64,000 bases of DNA from Vicugna vicugna. Taxonomy: Eukaryota. The stretch spans positions 785,170-849,169 of the forward strand of contig MU062844.1 of the NCBI GenBank assembly GCA_013265495.1, in the 5' to 3' direction. This document shows positions 1 through 11,742 of the stretch, one piece after another; the first letter of the stretch is position 1; each line of letters starts with the position of its first letter. Below the pieces are notes generated by a model. That model saw only the letters and a list, made by a program, of their open reading frames with translations, ran no database searches and was not told where the DNA came from. A program made the position numbers and the translations under genes.

Positions 1-640
1 TGGAGTGGGAGAAAGAGACAAGCCCATGTGGAAGGGGTAGAAGGTAACAATGGTCACAGAGGGATTTCAGATAGGAAATGTGTTACACAGGAAAAGGAAA
101 AGACATCGGGATTGGCTAGGAGCAATTAAAGAACAAGGTCAGTGAACTCAAGAAAAACTGTATAGACTTGCTAAAATATTAATAAAAAGAGAAAAAATGA
201 ACAGGAATGGCCATGTAATGGTTTGCATTATTTTGGCTATTACAGACAGGAGAACCAAGAAGACAGTGGGAGTGTACAACAAGTAGACCTAAGTTGTTGG
301 GCAAGGTTGAAATTGTACATGCTCCCACTTCTGGTTGCCTTGGCAATGAGACTCCTACTTTATACTAATGACATTTGAATGAGTAAAACCCTATGCAAAT
401 GAAGCACACAGTAATTAGAGGCAGAGTCACACATAGTCTAGATAAGGCCACGTCAGGGGAAAGTCTAGGGAATAGTTTAGTGGGCTTGTGCAGCAAAGAA
501 TGAGGTCATTAAAGCAAAGAAATTGAGGTATGAACTAAGAATATGAGTTATTAATAAAAGAGGAAGTGTTTGAGAAAGACTGTGAGTCCTGCTGACTTGT
601 TGGTTCTTTTTGGTTAGGTCATTATGGGTAATAGATCATG
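1..640 (+). mobile_element. Possible ancient LTR remnant (ERVL/Gypsy-like, family unknown)
   Basis: G/A-rich start, a transcription-factor motif cluster at 334-455, then AATAAA at 553-558: a U3-R-like order. No TG..CA ends or TSD seen. Confidence 0.3.
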
Positions 641-846
641 TAGTCACATATTTCCATTGTCTCATCTGGTCCATTTTTGTGTCCCTCCTGGGAAGAAATC
701 ATGGAATGGGATAAAGGAGATGATTTACTGTCCGAGTTCCCTGTGTGTGCTGCCTCACTGTTGCCCATAAAAGGGAATCAAAGGGAAGGAGGAAAAGTTT
801 CACAGAGAGGCTTGCGGATACTCACAGGAAGAGTCCAGTTATGGGA

Positions 847-1362
847 TGTATTAGTTTCTTCTGGCTGCTGTAACAAATTACTACAAACGTGCTGGCTTAA
901 AACAACGCATATTTATTCTTTTACAGTTCTGGATGTCAGAAGTCCTAAGTCAGTTGCCCTGGGCTGAAATCAAGGTGTCAGCAGGGCTGTAGTTTCTCCA
1001 GAGGTTCTAGGGGAAAATCCATTCCCTTGCCTTCTCCAGCTCCTAGAGCTGAAGTCCTTGCATTCCTTGGCTTATGGTCTCTTTCTCCATCTTCAAAGTA
1101 AGAAGCATAGCATTTTTCTTCAGCCATCAAATGCCTTCATCTTCTCCTGCAGTAGAATGTCCCTCTCTCTTTCCCATAGGATATTTATGATTATATCATT
1201 GGGTCCATCTGAATAATCTAGGATAATCTTCCTAGCTAAAGATCCTTAGTTTACTCAATCTGCAAAGTCCCTTTTGCCATATAAAGTAACATATTCACAT
1301 ATTCACAGAGGCCAGGGATTATGACATGGACATTTTAGGGGGTTATTATCCAGCCTACTACA
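847..1362 (-). mobile_element. MaLR solo LTR, MLT1D-like, full length
   Basis: TGTATTAGTT...CTACTACA termini and a perfect 5-bp TSD TGGGA (842-846, 1363-1367). Confidence 0.9.
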
Positions 1363-1921
1363 TGGGACAAGAGAGAGCAGAAGTGGAGGGGAAAGGCAAT
1401 TTTAGGAATTGTTACTTAAAGTGCATTGTAAATTAGATTTCCCATCAATGTTGTTGGAAAGACACAAATAAGATGAGAATTTCTCTTTAATAATGGTTAA
1501 TCATGTTTCTCTGAATTTGACACAGTTTTGAGACTGGACCACAAGGGGCAATTGCCAATATGCAGGTTACAAGCATTAACCAATTAAAGCAATCAGTTGA
1601 AAAAACTTACAACCAGCAACATGCATTACTTACAGTAATCGTTTCAAGTAGTTACTTCTTTGCCAGCACTTTTTAAAACTAAGCACTGATGCATAAAGTA
1701 GCAGGGAAGATTTAAATATCAAAAGCTATTTATACTCTGAGCCAATGTAATCTTAATGTTGATTCCTCACCTGCTCTCTCTCTCTCTCTCTTTCTCATCT
1801 TCTTTTGTATCGTTAGGCTTGAGCAATTACACCAACTAAAAAACATGGCTATATCATCTTTTATTACTTGCATTACCTGCTATTTCCCATTCTGAAGGGA
1901 AATGGGTGAGAAATTTCAGAA

Positions 1922-2231
1922 TGAAGGTCACAAAACCAAATGCCAGAGGGGCCAAGGATGTAACATAAGTGACCGAAGCAGCCCAGATGGGAAAAGTGGC
2001 GACTTGGAGGGTACAGGCCCTTCCAAGAGAAAAAAGCCACTACTCACACCTGTCTCATTACTCCTGTTTCAAAAGGCAGCTTCATTTAAAAGGCTTTTAA
2101 ATTTTCAGAAGTAAAAGACCCAGAATTTCATGAAATATTTCCAGATTTTAGAATGCTAGAGACTAATTCAGAACACCAGGCAGGCTGAATAAAGCTCATG
2201 CAACCTATGGCTTGACACCTTGCAAACTCCA
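1922..2231 (-). mobile_element. hAT-Charlie MITE, MER102-like
   Basis: Matches the recalled MER102 reverse complement along its length (aaatgccagaggggccaagg ... gtggcgacttggag ... gactaattca). Confidence 0.6.
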
Positions 2232-4149
2232 TTATAAATTCTGTTAAGTACTTTTGACTTTCTAACCTGAGAACAAAAAGAGAAAGGTTTCACGCAGTGG
2301 AATGATATGGTTGTATCTGCATTGAATTTGTTTATTTCTGATGTGCACATATACATACACACATCTACACAAACCTATGATTGTGTGAATGAATTATTTT
2401 TTGAAACTGTAAATTCTTAAAGGATAGCTTTCAACCTCATCGTACAGCTTTGGCCAGCATTGACCAATAATTGTGTTCCACTCAGTAATACTCTGTATAG
2501 GGCTGCAGATTGTTGTGATAATCACCTCCTTCATGTGAGAAAAGACAAGCCCCCCTCCACCACGTGCAAGGTAACCAGCCTCAGTGGTCAATGTAAGCAA
2601 AATGGTCCGAGAACTTAGGACATCATCCTCACTGCAGTCAGAGAGGTCACTGGCCACATCCTCCCAGCCTAAGATCACGACTTGAATGAAATCACAAATA
2701 ACCATGTACCCAGATTTTAAAACACAGTTTTTTTAAAAAGTGACCCCAAAGTCCACATCAGCAAATACAACATGTGAACAACAAAAACAATGTTTTTAAA
2801 TCACGGGAAGAGCCGTGCAAAGGAAAAAAACAAGGCGATGAGAGGGTGTGTGATGAAAGGGAGAGGCAAGAGAGGTGTATCACTCCCAAGGAGATGCATT
2901 CAAGCTGCGTCCAGGAAAAACCAACCATGTATTACTTAGGGGCCAAATGCTTTTGGCAGAGGGAAGTTGAAATGAAAAGGCCCAGGGGTAGGAGTGAGCA
3001 TGTAGATGTCAGTGGCAGAAGGAAGGTTATGGTTCCTGGATTGAGATGTGTGAGGAAGAAACTGGGATTAAGATGAAACTGGAGCTGCTGGCAGAGGCCA
3101 GGTGAGAATATGGGTGGGCTTCATATTGGAAGGTCTTAAGCTGGAAGTGACTTAGTCTTATTTACATTTTTTAAAAGCTTACTCTGGCGGGTCATTCTCC
3201 CTCTTTGAGACTCTGTTACACCCTCTCTGAGATATGACTAATTGTCCTTGATTACAGGACTCTGATCTTGGGCAGAAAGCATCTGACATACAATAAGCAC
3301 TCTATGAAAGTGAGCTGAACCCGAAAAGGTTGGGGAGGTGGGGGGCAGCAATAACTCTGGAGAGGGGGCAGGGACTGCAGTTAATTGAGGTAAACTGCTC
3401 TCTTGAGCCCTGACAGCTCCCACTCCTGAGAGAGACTGTGATTTCATGGCAGTGTCTCCCCTACTCCCATATTTTGATGTCTCATGCCTCTGCTGCAGCT
3501 ATGCCCAACTAGCATCCTATGGTGGCTTCCAACAGGAGAGCTAATTTGGTTGTATCATGCTGAGAAATCCATCTTCCAAAACAAATGTAACAGGTTAGCA
3601 CACAAAGAACGGACTGCCGGGAACCACAGGGGTTAGCAAGACAGGCTTCTAAAAGCCTGAACAGTATGCAATCACCAACCCCGACTCCTGTGTTCTGTAG
3701 AGCCAAGAAAGTGGGCGGGTTGCTTCCAACATTAACAACCGAAAGATCAAACACCCAACCCCTGAGAACGGTGATTCCTCTTTGAGCATACAATGAAACA
3801 ATTGGGCAATATCTCCTCAAAATAGCAACAGAACCTCAATTAGAGATCACAGGATGCAGAACCAAAAGAACTAGCGTTTGAGTCCTGAGTCTATCCAGTC
3901 TGCTTCGGCTTCCTGCCCTTGGGTGAGTCATTTATCAATGCCTCCCCCAACCCACTTTTTTTTTTTTGAGGTAGAGAGAGTCGTGCTTGGTTTTTCAACT
4001 ACATGGAGTTCAGCACTCCTAACCCCAGTGCCGTTCGAGGGCCAAATGTATTGACAAAGAATAATCTGAAACGCACAGTGTTCAATGAGAAAGGCAATGC
4101 ACAGAACAGCATATAGAGATGGCTACCACTGGTGAAAAGAGAAGGCACG

Positions 4150-4270
4150 GTATATTCATTTATTGATTGAGAACCTTTTTGGTACCAAGCACTAGGGATA
4201 CAGCAGTGAAAAACAAGTTCCGGTTCCATGGTGTTTACACCCTGATGGAGAGACACAGACAACACACATG
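4150..4270 (-). mobile_element. L2 3' fragment
   Basis: attcatttattga...gcactagggatacagcagtgaa signature. Confidence 0.65.
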
Positions 4271-4876
4271 GAAATAGGTTATATGCCAGGTGGTGATAAG
4301 AGATAGGTCCCATATTATGCTTGAATTTGGCCAAACCACGTGAAATTGCTAATATGTAGCCACTCTGACCAATAAAGGAGGCATTTTGTAAGGTCTAACC
4401 TAATACATACACAGACAAGATGATGTAAAAGAAACAGACAGTGTTTCTTCCAAGAAGGGAGATTAAGGACAGGAAGTGCTTGCTCTATCCACATAATTTT
4501 TTATCACATGCATGTATTGCTTATTCAAAACAAATATTTTAAAATATATAATCAGAGGAGCAGACTAGAGCTGGCACACAGAGAGAGGCAAAAGGTAGAT
4601 AAGGATGGAGTGAGGATTAAAAGCTAAGAAGAGGCAGTTTTTTTTTAATGCAAAAGCAGGCAAGTAACAGTGACATATTGTAGAAGGGTACAGTCAGCTC
4701 AAAGCCATAAGTGGCCTTTTATTTGTGATTCAATTCAATCCCCAGGGATGATGCAATTCCTAGACACAGATCAGGAGAGGCCAGGGGAGAGACCTGGGCA
4801 GGATGGGGTACAGTGGAATCCATGCCTCAACCCACCAGCACATGTGTCCCAGGTGATCTTAGTGGGTCTTTCTTAC

Positions 4877-4993
4877 CTGCATTCAATTGGATGCACAAAT
4901 TGAGCACCGATTGCAAAAGGCCACTTCCCATCATCACCCTCCGTGTTCCCAGGGCCTCCACCAAATGAGCAAAACCTGCCAACCTGATCTTTC
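4877..4993 (-). other. Candidate 117-nt exon (unassigned)
   Basis: ttcatttcctgtag|GAAAG acceptor and CAG|gtaaga donor in non-repeat-looking sequence. No recognisable peptide. Confidence 0.3.
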
Positions 4994-5574
4994 CTACAGG
5001 AAATGAACTCCACTATATCATTCCAGCACAGAACAGGGAAGCATCTGGACACTGAGGTTACATGGCCAGAGGCAAACCCAGCAGGAAGAGGTCATATGGG
5101 ACAGAGATGAGTGAGGGGCAGAAATGAACGGGATGACAGCTAAACATATAGAAACTGGACCTGAGTTTCCTAAAGATGCTGGCCTGGCATGGGGTGACCA
5201 CTCATCTTGGACCAGACCCCAGCCTAGTGCCCTCTGCTCTATGACTGTCCCCTCTGAAGAGACACATGTAACTTTGAACTCAGTTCAAATTCTTGCTCTC
5301 TGTGTCCTGGGGCACAGCAATGAACATCTCTGAGCTGCCATCCTCCAGACAGATAAAACAAGGCCTACCTGGCTAGTGTCCTTATTTTATTATTAATTTA
5401 TAGGGCTGTTCATTTCAGCATGCGTGTCCAGCTTTTTATATTACCTTGTACGCTTATGCAAGAATAAGCCCCATCTAGGCAAATTCCTACATCCTTATCT
5501 TTCTGAGTTTCCCAGAACTTTCAAGATAGGAGCCTGTCCCACAGACAAGAGAGTGTTTAGTCTTGAGAAGATCA

Positions 5575-5690
5575 GCAGTAGTGCCTACCTCTGAAAATTA
5601 TTGTAAAATTAAATGGGATCATGTATAGGGAGCATTGAACACAGGTCCTAGCACTTAGCAGGTTCTCAAAAAATACATTATTATTATCCA
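5575..5690 (+). mobile_element. MIR 3' fragment
   Basis: gtgcctacctc...aaattaaatggga...cctagcacttagcagg. Confidence 0.7.
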
Positions 5691-6469
5691 TCCATGAATA
5701 CCATGGGTATGCAACATTAACGAGTGACAACTAACTAAAGGGCCAACCCTGAATCCCAGGGGCCAGGTAGTAAAGGGTTTTACCCTACCTCTCTAGGGCT
5801 CTTACCTTGGTCCCCAGGGATGACATGTACTTAGACTGTGCTGATCCCTCAGCCAGGATTGTCACTTCGCACAACTGCAGGGGGCAGCATTCATATTGTA
5901 TTCCAAGAGCATAGTCTCCCACTGGCATCTGGAGCTGAGCAACATGGCAGACCTCATGTGCTAAAGTTTCAGGTTTGCAGGGTCATCACTGAAGCATCTG
6001 TTGCCATGGTATCCCACCCCAGCTCTTCATGGCCATCCCCAGCCATCAATGCCACATTCTTCCTTGGCAACTGCCACCCCCATAAGCAACTAGGGAGATA
6101 CCCACCTACATTTCTCTACTGAGTCTGATTCATGAATCGATTTGAAATTATAGGGAAGTATCTGTGCCTTTACTTTGGAGATGGCTCTTACCATTAATTG
6201 CACGTAAATATTAAACTAACCTTTTCAATGTTAGAATTATCTGCCCAGGGCCTTATGCTGGATAGAATTCTAGATTTGGAGGTGAAAGGGAATCTGAAGG
6301 TGAAAGATTCTCTAGGCTTCTCCTATGTGTTTTAAGAGGAGAAACTGAGGCCCAGAGAGGAAAATGGATTCAACCAAGTTGGTTCAGCTTGTTAGCAGCT
6401 CTCTTCACTATAAACATGACCAACAGCCTTAATTACTTAGCTAAGGGACCTATGGAATCGTCCAGGCCT

Positions 6470-6900
6470 CAAGTCTGACCATCATTTCAAGTAAAAAGGT
6501 ACAGCTGACATCAGTGCCCAATCCTTCTTCTGCTGGTGGCAATACTCTATTTCCTTTCGGGAATCCCCACCTCTCCCCAGTCACATTGGTGAGGGCATCA
6601 GTCAGGGCACCTGCCCTCTGCACGTCAAGGTGGGATCCAGATCAAATGATCAGATCCCCATTCCCTCCAATAATGTGAACCTCAAGGGGAAAGACACGAG
6701 GTTACGGCCGATTCACCCAGGCTGCTGTGTGCTGAAGTAACAGCCCATCAGACCCTGCTTCTTAAGCCCCCAGAGAGACTCTCCTTCCCATTCAGGCTTT
6801 TCTAGAGCATCCTTGAAACCTATCAGTGAATTATTTTTCAATCTAAGTTACCCAGAGTTGGGGGTTCTTCTCCCTACTCTGCTATTGCAGAACCTCAAAG
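6470..6900 (+). mobile_element. Old LTR remnant (MLT1K/L- or LTR33-like)
   Basis: General resemblance to old MaLR/ERVL LTRs, ending ttacccagagttggggg..tct. Confidence 0.4.
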
Positions 6901-7256
6901 CAGGTACCTGCTCTGTGGTGGGGTGATATTCACCAACCATCCTTCAGGGCTAGTTCACTAGGATGTCCTCCAAAGCCACTTAACACATACAGTCTGGACC
7001 ACACATGTAAGGACTTAACCACACACCGCGTCCCATGGCTCTGAGTTTCACCTCTAACACTTATCTCTGCAACCAGACAAAAATCTTCCTGAAGGCCAGA
7101 GACCATATCACACATGAGAGAGCCTCAGTCTCAGTGGATAGTGGTCAGCTACAAGGTGTGACACAACTAATTTGTTAGGATCCCAGTTCAAACTGTGGCA
7201 TTTGTAAATGACTTTGGTCTTTTTTGTAAATTACAGCACATTCAAAGTCATTTCTC

Positions 7257-7455
7257 TTTTTTTAACATTTTTTATTGATTTATAATCATTTTACAGTGTT
7301 GTGTCAAATTCCAGTGTTCAGCACAGTTTTTCAGTCATTCATGGACATATACACACTCATTGTCACATTTTTTTCTCTGTGAGCTACCATAACGTTTTGT
7401 GTATATTTCCCTGTGCTATACAGTGTAATCTTGTTTATTTATTCTACAATTTTGA
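7257..7455 (-). mobile_element. Young camelid-type L1, 5'-truncated 3' end
   Basis: poly(T) followed by aacattttttattgatttataatcattttacagtgttgtgtcaaattccagtgttcagcac. Confidence 0.85.
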
Positions 7456-7906
7456 TTTCTATAATCACATCGTTCTTGTGTACCTGTGTTCTGAAATGTC
7501 TTCCTGAGTGGGAAAGAAATGAAAAAGGTTTCTACTGTTTTATGCTTTGTCTTCCATATTTTCTACTCCTGTAAAGAACAGAGCACATGCTCAATAGTAT
7601 GTTGAATTGAACTGATTACGTGACATCTTGCAAGCAACAAAATCAATACTTCTAAAAACCTTTAAAAATTCTCCCTCAGTTCCTTTTCCCCTGGTTCCAG
7701 TCCCCCGAGAAAGAAAGCCTTTGTTAATACAGCTAACCCCCATTCATATGCTAAATTTCATTTCCACTTACAGAATAATTGTAGGAAGACTAGTCATCTA
7801 GCCAAGTCTTTTAATGCAGGGATCACAAATGCAAATGTCTACAGCAGAGAGACAGCTAAAGAAACTTCATAAAGCCATTCAGTTGCTTCTAAAAGGGTGG
7901 CCAGGT

Positions 7907-8007
7907 TGTAGGCAGAATAATGGTCCCAAAGATGTCCACATCCTAATCCTTGGAACCTATGAATATGTTACCTTACATGGCAGAGGGGACTTTGCAGATG
8001 TGATTAA
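7907..8007 (+). mobile_element. MLT1D-like LTR 5' fragment
   Basis: tgtaggcagaataatggtcccaaagatgtccacatcctaatcc...gcagatgtgattaa. Confidence 0.8.
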
Positions 8008-8399
8008 TCCAGCTTCTGCCTAAACCAGTCACATGATGGGATCTGACTGCCTTCATAAGCATCATCCCAACGCACAAGAGCTTTGATCTTTCTGCTGCCT
8101 CCCTTCCACAGAACAGTCCTTTAGATGTTTGAAGACTGCTTTCGCGTGGCCTCTGCCATTCTTCTTGAGACCCTTCCTGGAATCACAGTCCTCTCTGCGC
8201 ACACTCTGAGTTTTCTCACGCCCTTCTAAAATCTAGTGACTGGTACCAACCAGCATCCCTTTGGGTCAGGACCAAGGACAGCAAAACCATGGCTGCCTCT
8301 GTTCTGTATCTTCTCAAATGCAGATCAAATAAACTACACTTAAATTTATTCGGTCTTTTCCTTGGTAAAGAAATTTTCTTCAGCAAAGAGAGAATCACT

Positions 8400-8760
8400 T
8401 AAAGTGACCCCTGTATGGTTTGACATACCACCCCCGCCAGCCTCTTTTCTTCCTGGAAATTGTCAAACTCCTGAGTCAACTTCTATCCATCCCTCGAATC
8501 TTGCTCTAGCATCACTTCCTCAAAGAAGCCCTCTCTGACAAGCTACAAATCTTGATCAAACTCTCCTGTTCAATGCCTTTTCCCTTTAGAACACTTATCT
8601 GTGTTCATAAGCATGCACAGTTACTATGGCTACATGTTTAATGTCTGTGACCTCCACTAGATTATAAACTCTGTGGGAGTGGGGCCCAAGTCTGTGTTTG
8701 CTGATCATTGCCTCCCTGGTGACTAGTCCAGCTGATAAATGGATGGGTGGGTGAATGTGT
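8400..8760 (+). mobile_element. L2 3' end
   Basis: catcacttcctcaaagaagccctctctgac...ccactagattataaactctg...tgaatg tail. Confidence 0.7.
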
Positions 8761-9109
8761 GGGAGAATCTAACTTGTCAAAATCCTGCCTTATTATTAAC
8801 ACCAATGGAAATTTCAGCGCACTAACTCCTTTGGTCATTTTTTCATGGATGAATGCCACCGCATTTCCAACCTGGCACTTGTGGAATAAACTTTGTAAAC
8901 AAGGTGGAAGACTTCAGTACTTATGTCTCTTGAATGACAACTTCATTCCACCTTCTAGTTTGGTGACCGATGTTTGAAGCTTGATTTCAAGGGCCTTTTC
9001 TGTGTTCTTTCCTCCTGGCTTTGCCATTTATTAGTTGGTTAAGAAAACTTTGGGTCTTCAGTCAACGAACACACCTGGGGTGGCTACTCTGAGCCAAGAC
9101 CAAAGAGCA

Positions 9110-9640
9110 GCTGAAGATAATAGATGAATAAAGCATGACCTCTGCCCTTGAAACATTCACAGTCTAGCAGGAGGGACAGACATAAAGAGATGACTGTGTG
9201 ACCAAGTGTTAAGTGCTGTTACTAAAGAAAGCTGGGTTCCGTGGAACAAGCAGGGGTTAACAGGTGAGGATGGGACAGGAGTCCCAGACAAAGGGAAAAA
9301 AGCATCACAAAGTCATGGAGGTGTCTCAAGAAGTGACAGCTGTTTTAAGCGGTTGCAACATGGGTGAAAGTGAAGAAAGACAAGCCTGGAAGGCAATGAA
9401 TGGAGGGACTCAGGCAGCAGGTTAAGTTAAGCGACAAAGATTTTGTCCATAAGTAATGGATTAGCAGGGGCATGACATTTGCTTTTCAGAAAAAAATAAT
9501 TCTACTGTCTATGGGAGGATGGAGAGATAGAAAGGTAAGAGGGCATTCAGAAGGTCGTTATAACAGCCCAAATGAGAAATAATTGGGGTCTTATAAAGGG
9601 TAAGAGGAAAGATGGAGAGGAAGTGACAGACTTGAAAGAT
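9110..9640 (-). mobile_element. L2 fragment
   Basis: catgacctctgcccttgaaacattcacagtctag and further purine-rich L2 antisense motifs. Confidence 0.6.
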
Positions 9641-9929
9641 CTCCAATGGTTATAAAACAGACCCAAGTGCAGAGACCTGTGGCATACCACCAGAGACCCG
9701 CTTCCAGGTGATTCACTTCAAATTAGTAGTGACACAATGATTAGCTTGCTTAAGCAAAAAAAAAGAGAAAAAAAAAAAGCTTCCTGCTAATTCTGAAAGC
9801 ACTTCAAATTTCTGAGTATACTTACATTTGGAAAATCACTTTACCCTTACATACGCAATTTACACCAGATTAATTTGCATGCATTTAAAATTGCAGCATA
9901 AGCTTGCTCCCAAGTGCTTTCAGCTGCTC

Positions 9930-10080
9930 AGTCATCCATTCACTGCATTCCTTTAACAAACATTTACTGAGCATGTACTACTTACCAGGCCCTGGCAACA
10001 GCCCGGGACATGGAGGTGGAACAACTCAGCCCCTCCCTGCTCAGAGGGAGTTCATGGTCAGTGTGGGAAATGGACACCCA
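9930..10080 (-). mobile_element. L2 3' end
   Basis: cattcctttaacaaacatttactgagcatgtactac. Confidence 0.75.
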
Positions 10081-11134
10081 CGCAGACTCTCACTCACCAA
10101 CGTGGTGGGCGTACCCTGGGCAAAGAAAGCCCAAGAGGTTATACCTAACCCAGCCTGTGAGTGTCCCCTCCATCACCCATGAAGGGCTCAGCACACAGCT
10201 CAGCGGGACAGGCTCAGACCCCCACGCCATGCACACTCAATTTCCACACGTGCATGGGAAAGCCAAGAGCTCTGTGGATTCACTGCGTCTGGTATTTGGA
10301 AGGGGCTGCAGTGTTCACCAATCACAAACCCATCTGAGTGCACAGTGCAGATGGCACTCACCAAATCATGTGCCTTATGCAAGCAGGGAGCCCTCTCCTC
10401 CCTGATCACCTCTGAACCCAGAGCATCTGGCATAGAGACTAGGAGATGAATGGATAGATAACCGAGAGGCCAGGAGTTTAGCTGAGTTGAGTTTTGCAAT
10501 AGTTTCTTTCCCCTCTTTGAGTGAGAATGCCGCTCCTCCACATTCGGGCAACTTGGGCTGGTGCATCTCTGACTTGACCAAAAACGCCTCTGACCCCACC
10601 ACCGTTACTCTGCGGGGCAGCAGGACAGGGCTGGCATGCAAGACAAGCCTCCCACACCTCCTCTGCTGAGTCTTCAAATATCATCAGTCATGCTGGAAAA
10701 TGGCCCCAGGCCACTGCTGCTTAATGGGCCGTGATGGATGAACACAAATGCAGGGGACGGCTGTGTTTACCAACTACGAGATAAGATGCCTCTTTCTGTC
10801 CTCGAAGAGGTGTTTCTACGCAGGCAAATGGGGTTGAGTCCAGAGCCCATCACGAGCACGTGAGCAGGACCAAAGTGGCCCGTGAACCTTCCATCTTTTG
10901 GGTGCAAAATGACCACGGGCAGATGAGGAACCGGCCATCAGTAAGAGGCCCCATGAGGAAGACAGACGAGTACAGAGACGGTGACCACGCGCTGTTGTAA
11001 GCCCTCGTCGCCGCGGGGCACTGGCTGAGTGTTGGGTCAGAGAAGGCCACCTGGGGGAGATGATAACTGAGGCAGGACCGGAAATGACTCCTGTAGAGGA
11101 CATGGTCCCTCAAGTGGATGTTCTAGAGCCAGAC

Positions 11135-11330
11135 AGCCTAGGTCAGCATCCTGGTTCTGCCTCTTTCGAACCGGGAACTCTGTTAGCAGCAAATTATGAC
11201 AACTACTCTGAGAAATGTGAATGGTGTGAACTCTTCCTAGTTCGTGGGGTTGCTGTGAGGACTGTACACATACATGGCATGAGAACAAGCTTGGGGCACA
11301 GTGAGTGCTCAGTAAACACTGGCCATTAAT
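11135..11330 (+). mobile_element. MIR
   Basis: tctagagccagacagcctagg...gcacagtgagtgctcagtaaa. Confidence 0.75.
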
Positions 11331-11336
11331 TACTAG

Positions 11337-11567
11337 CAGGGCTGGGTCCAGGGTGAAGGAAATGAGATGTTTGGTCTGAGTGCAAAATTTAAGAAGGTGT
11401 CAAAAGACTCGGTGATAAAGATAAGTCAGAGCTTAATGTCACCTTTTTACAAATCAAAATAAATGCAAGAAAATCCACGATCAAAGAAATACCAGAATTT
11501 GAAATAAAGGCAAGATCTGGCTCTGCATTTGCCTGACCTGCCCACTTGGCACCCAGTTCTAGTCCTG
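11337..11567 (+). mobile_element. hAT-Tip100-type MITE, complete copy (family name uncertain)
   Basis: CAGGGCTGGG...CTAGTCCTG imperfect terminal inverted repeats and an AT-rich core (gcaaaatttaag...aaatcaaaataaatgc). Confidence 0.6.
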
Positions 11568-11569
11568 TT

Positions 11570-11742
11570 GGATCCTTTTTCTATTTAAAATTTCAATATT
11601 TTGTTCATCATGGAATTCTTTATGTTAATTTCCATCTTTTTAAGTTCTGCATTAAAATAGAATTTATGTTGATAACAGTTTTTTGGAGCCCCCTTGAATA
11701 TCCCAGGCAAGAGCCTCCCTAGCTCACCTGGTCCTGACTCTG
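11570..11742 (-). mobile_element. Second copy of the same MITE, inverted and truncated
   Basis: Its reverse complement aligns by eye with 11337-11520. Confidence 0.6.

Noticed and set aside
2610-2670. Peptide DVASDLSDCSEDDVLS resembling the acidic N-terminus of piggyBac transposase
   Set aside because: Short, low-complexity acidic similarity only; no TTAA-flanked TIR or further transposase motif seen.
5874-5888. CTCF-like ACTGCAGGGGGCAGC (similar words near 48005 and 52508)
   Set aside because: Mismatches fall at the conserved 5' CC/A positions; not supportable without a position-weight-matrix scan.
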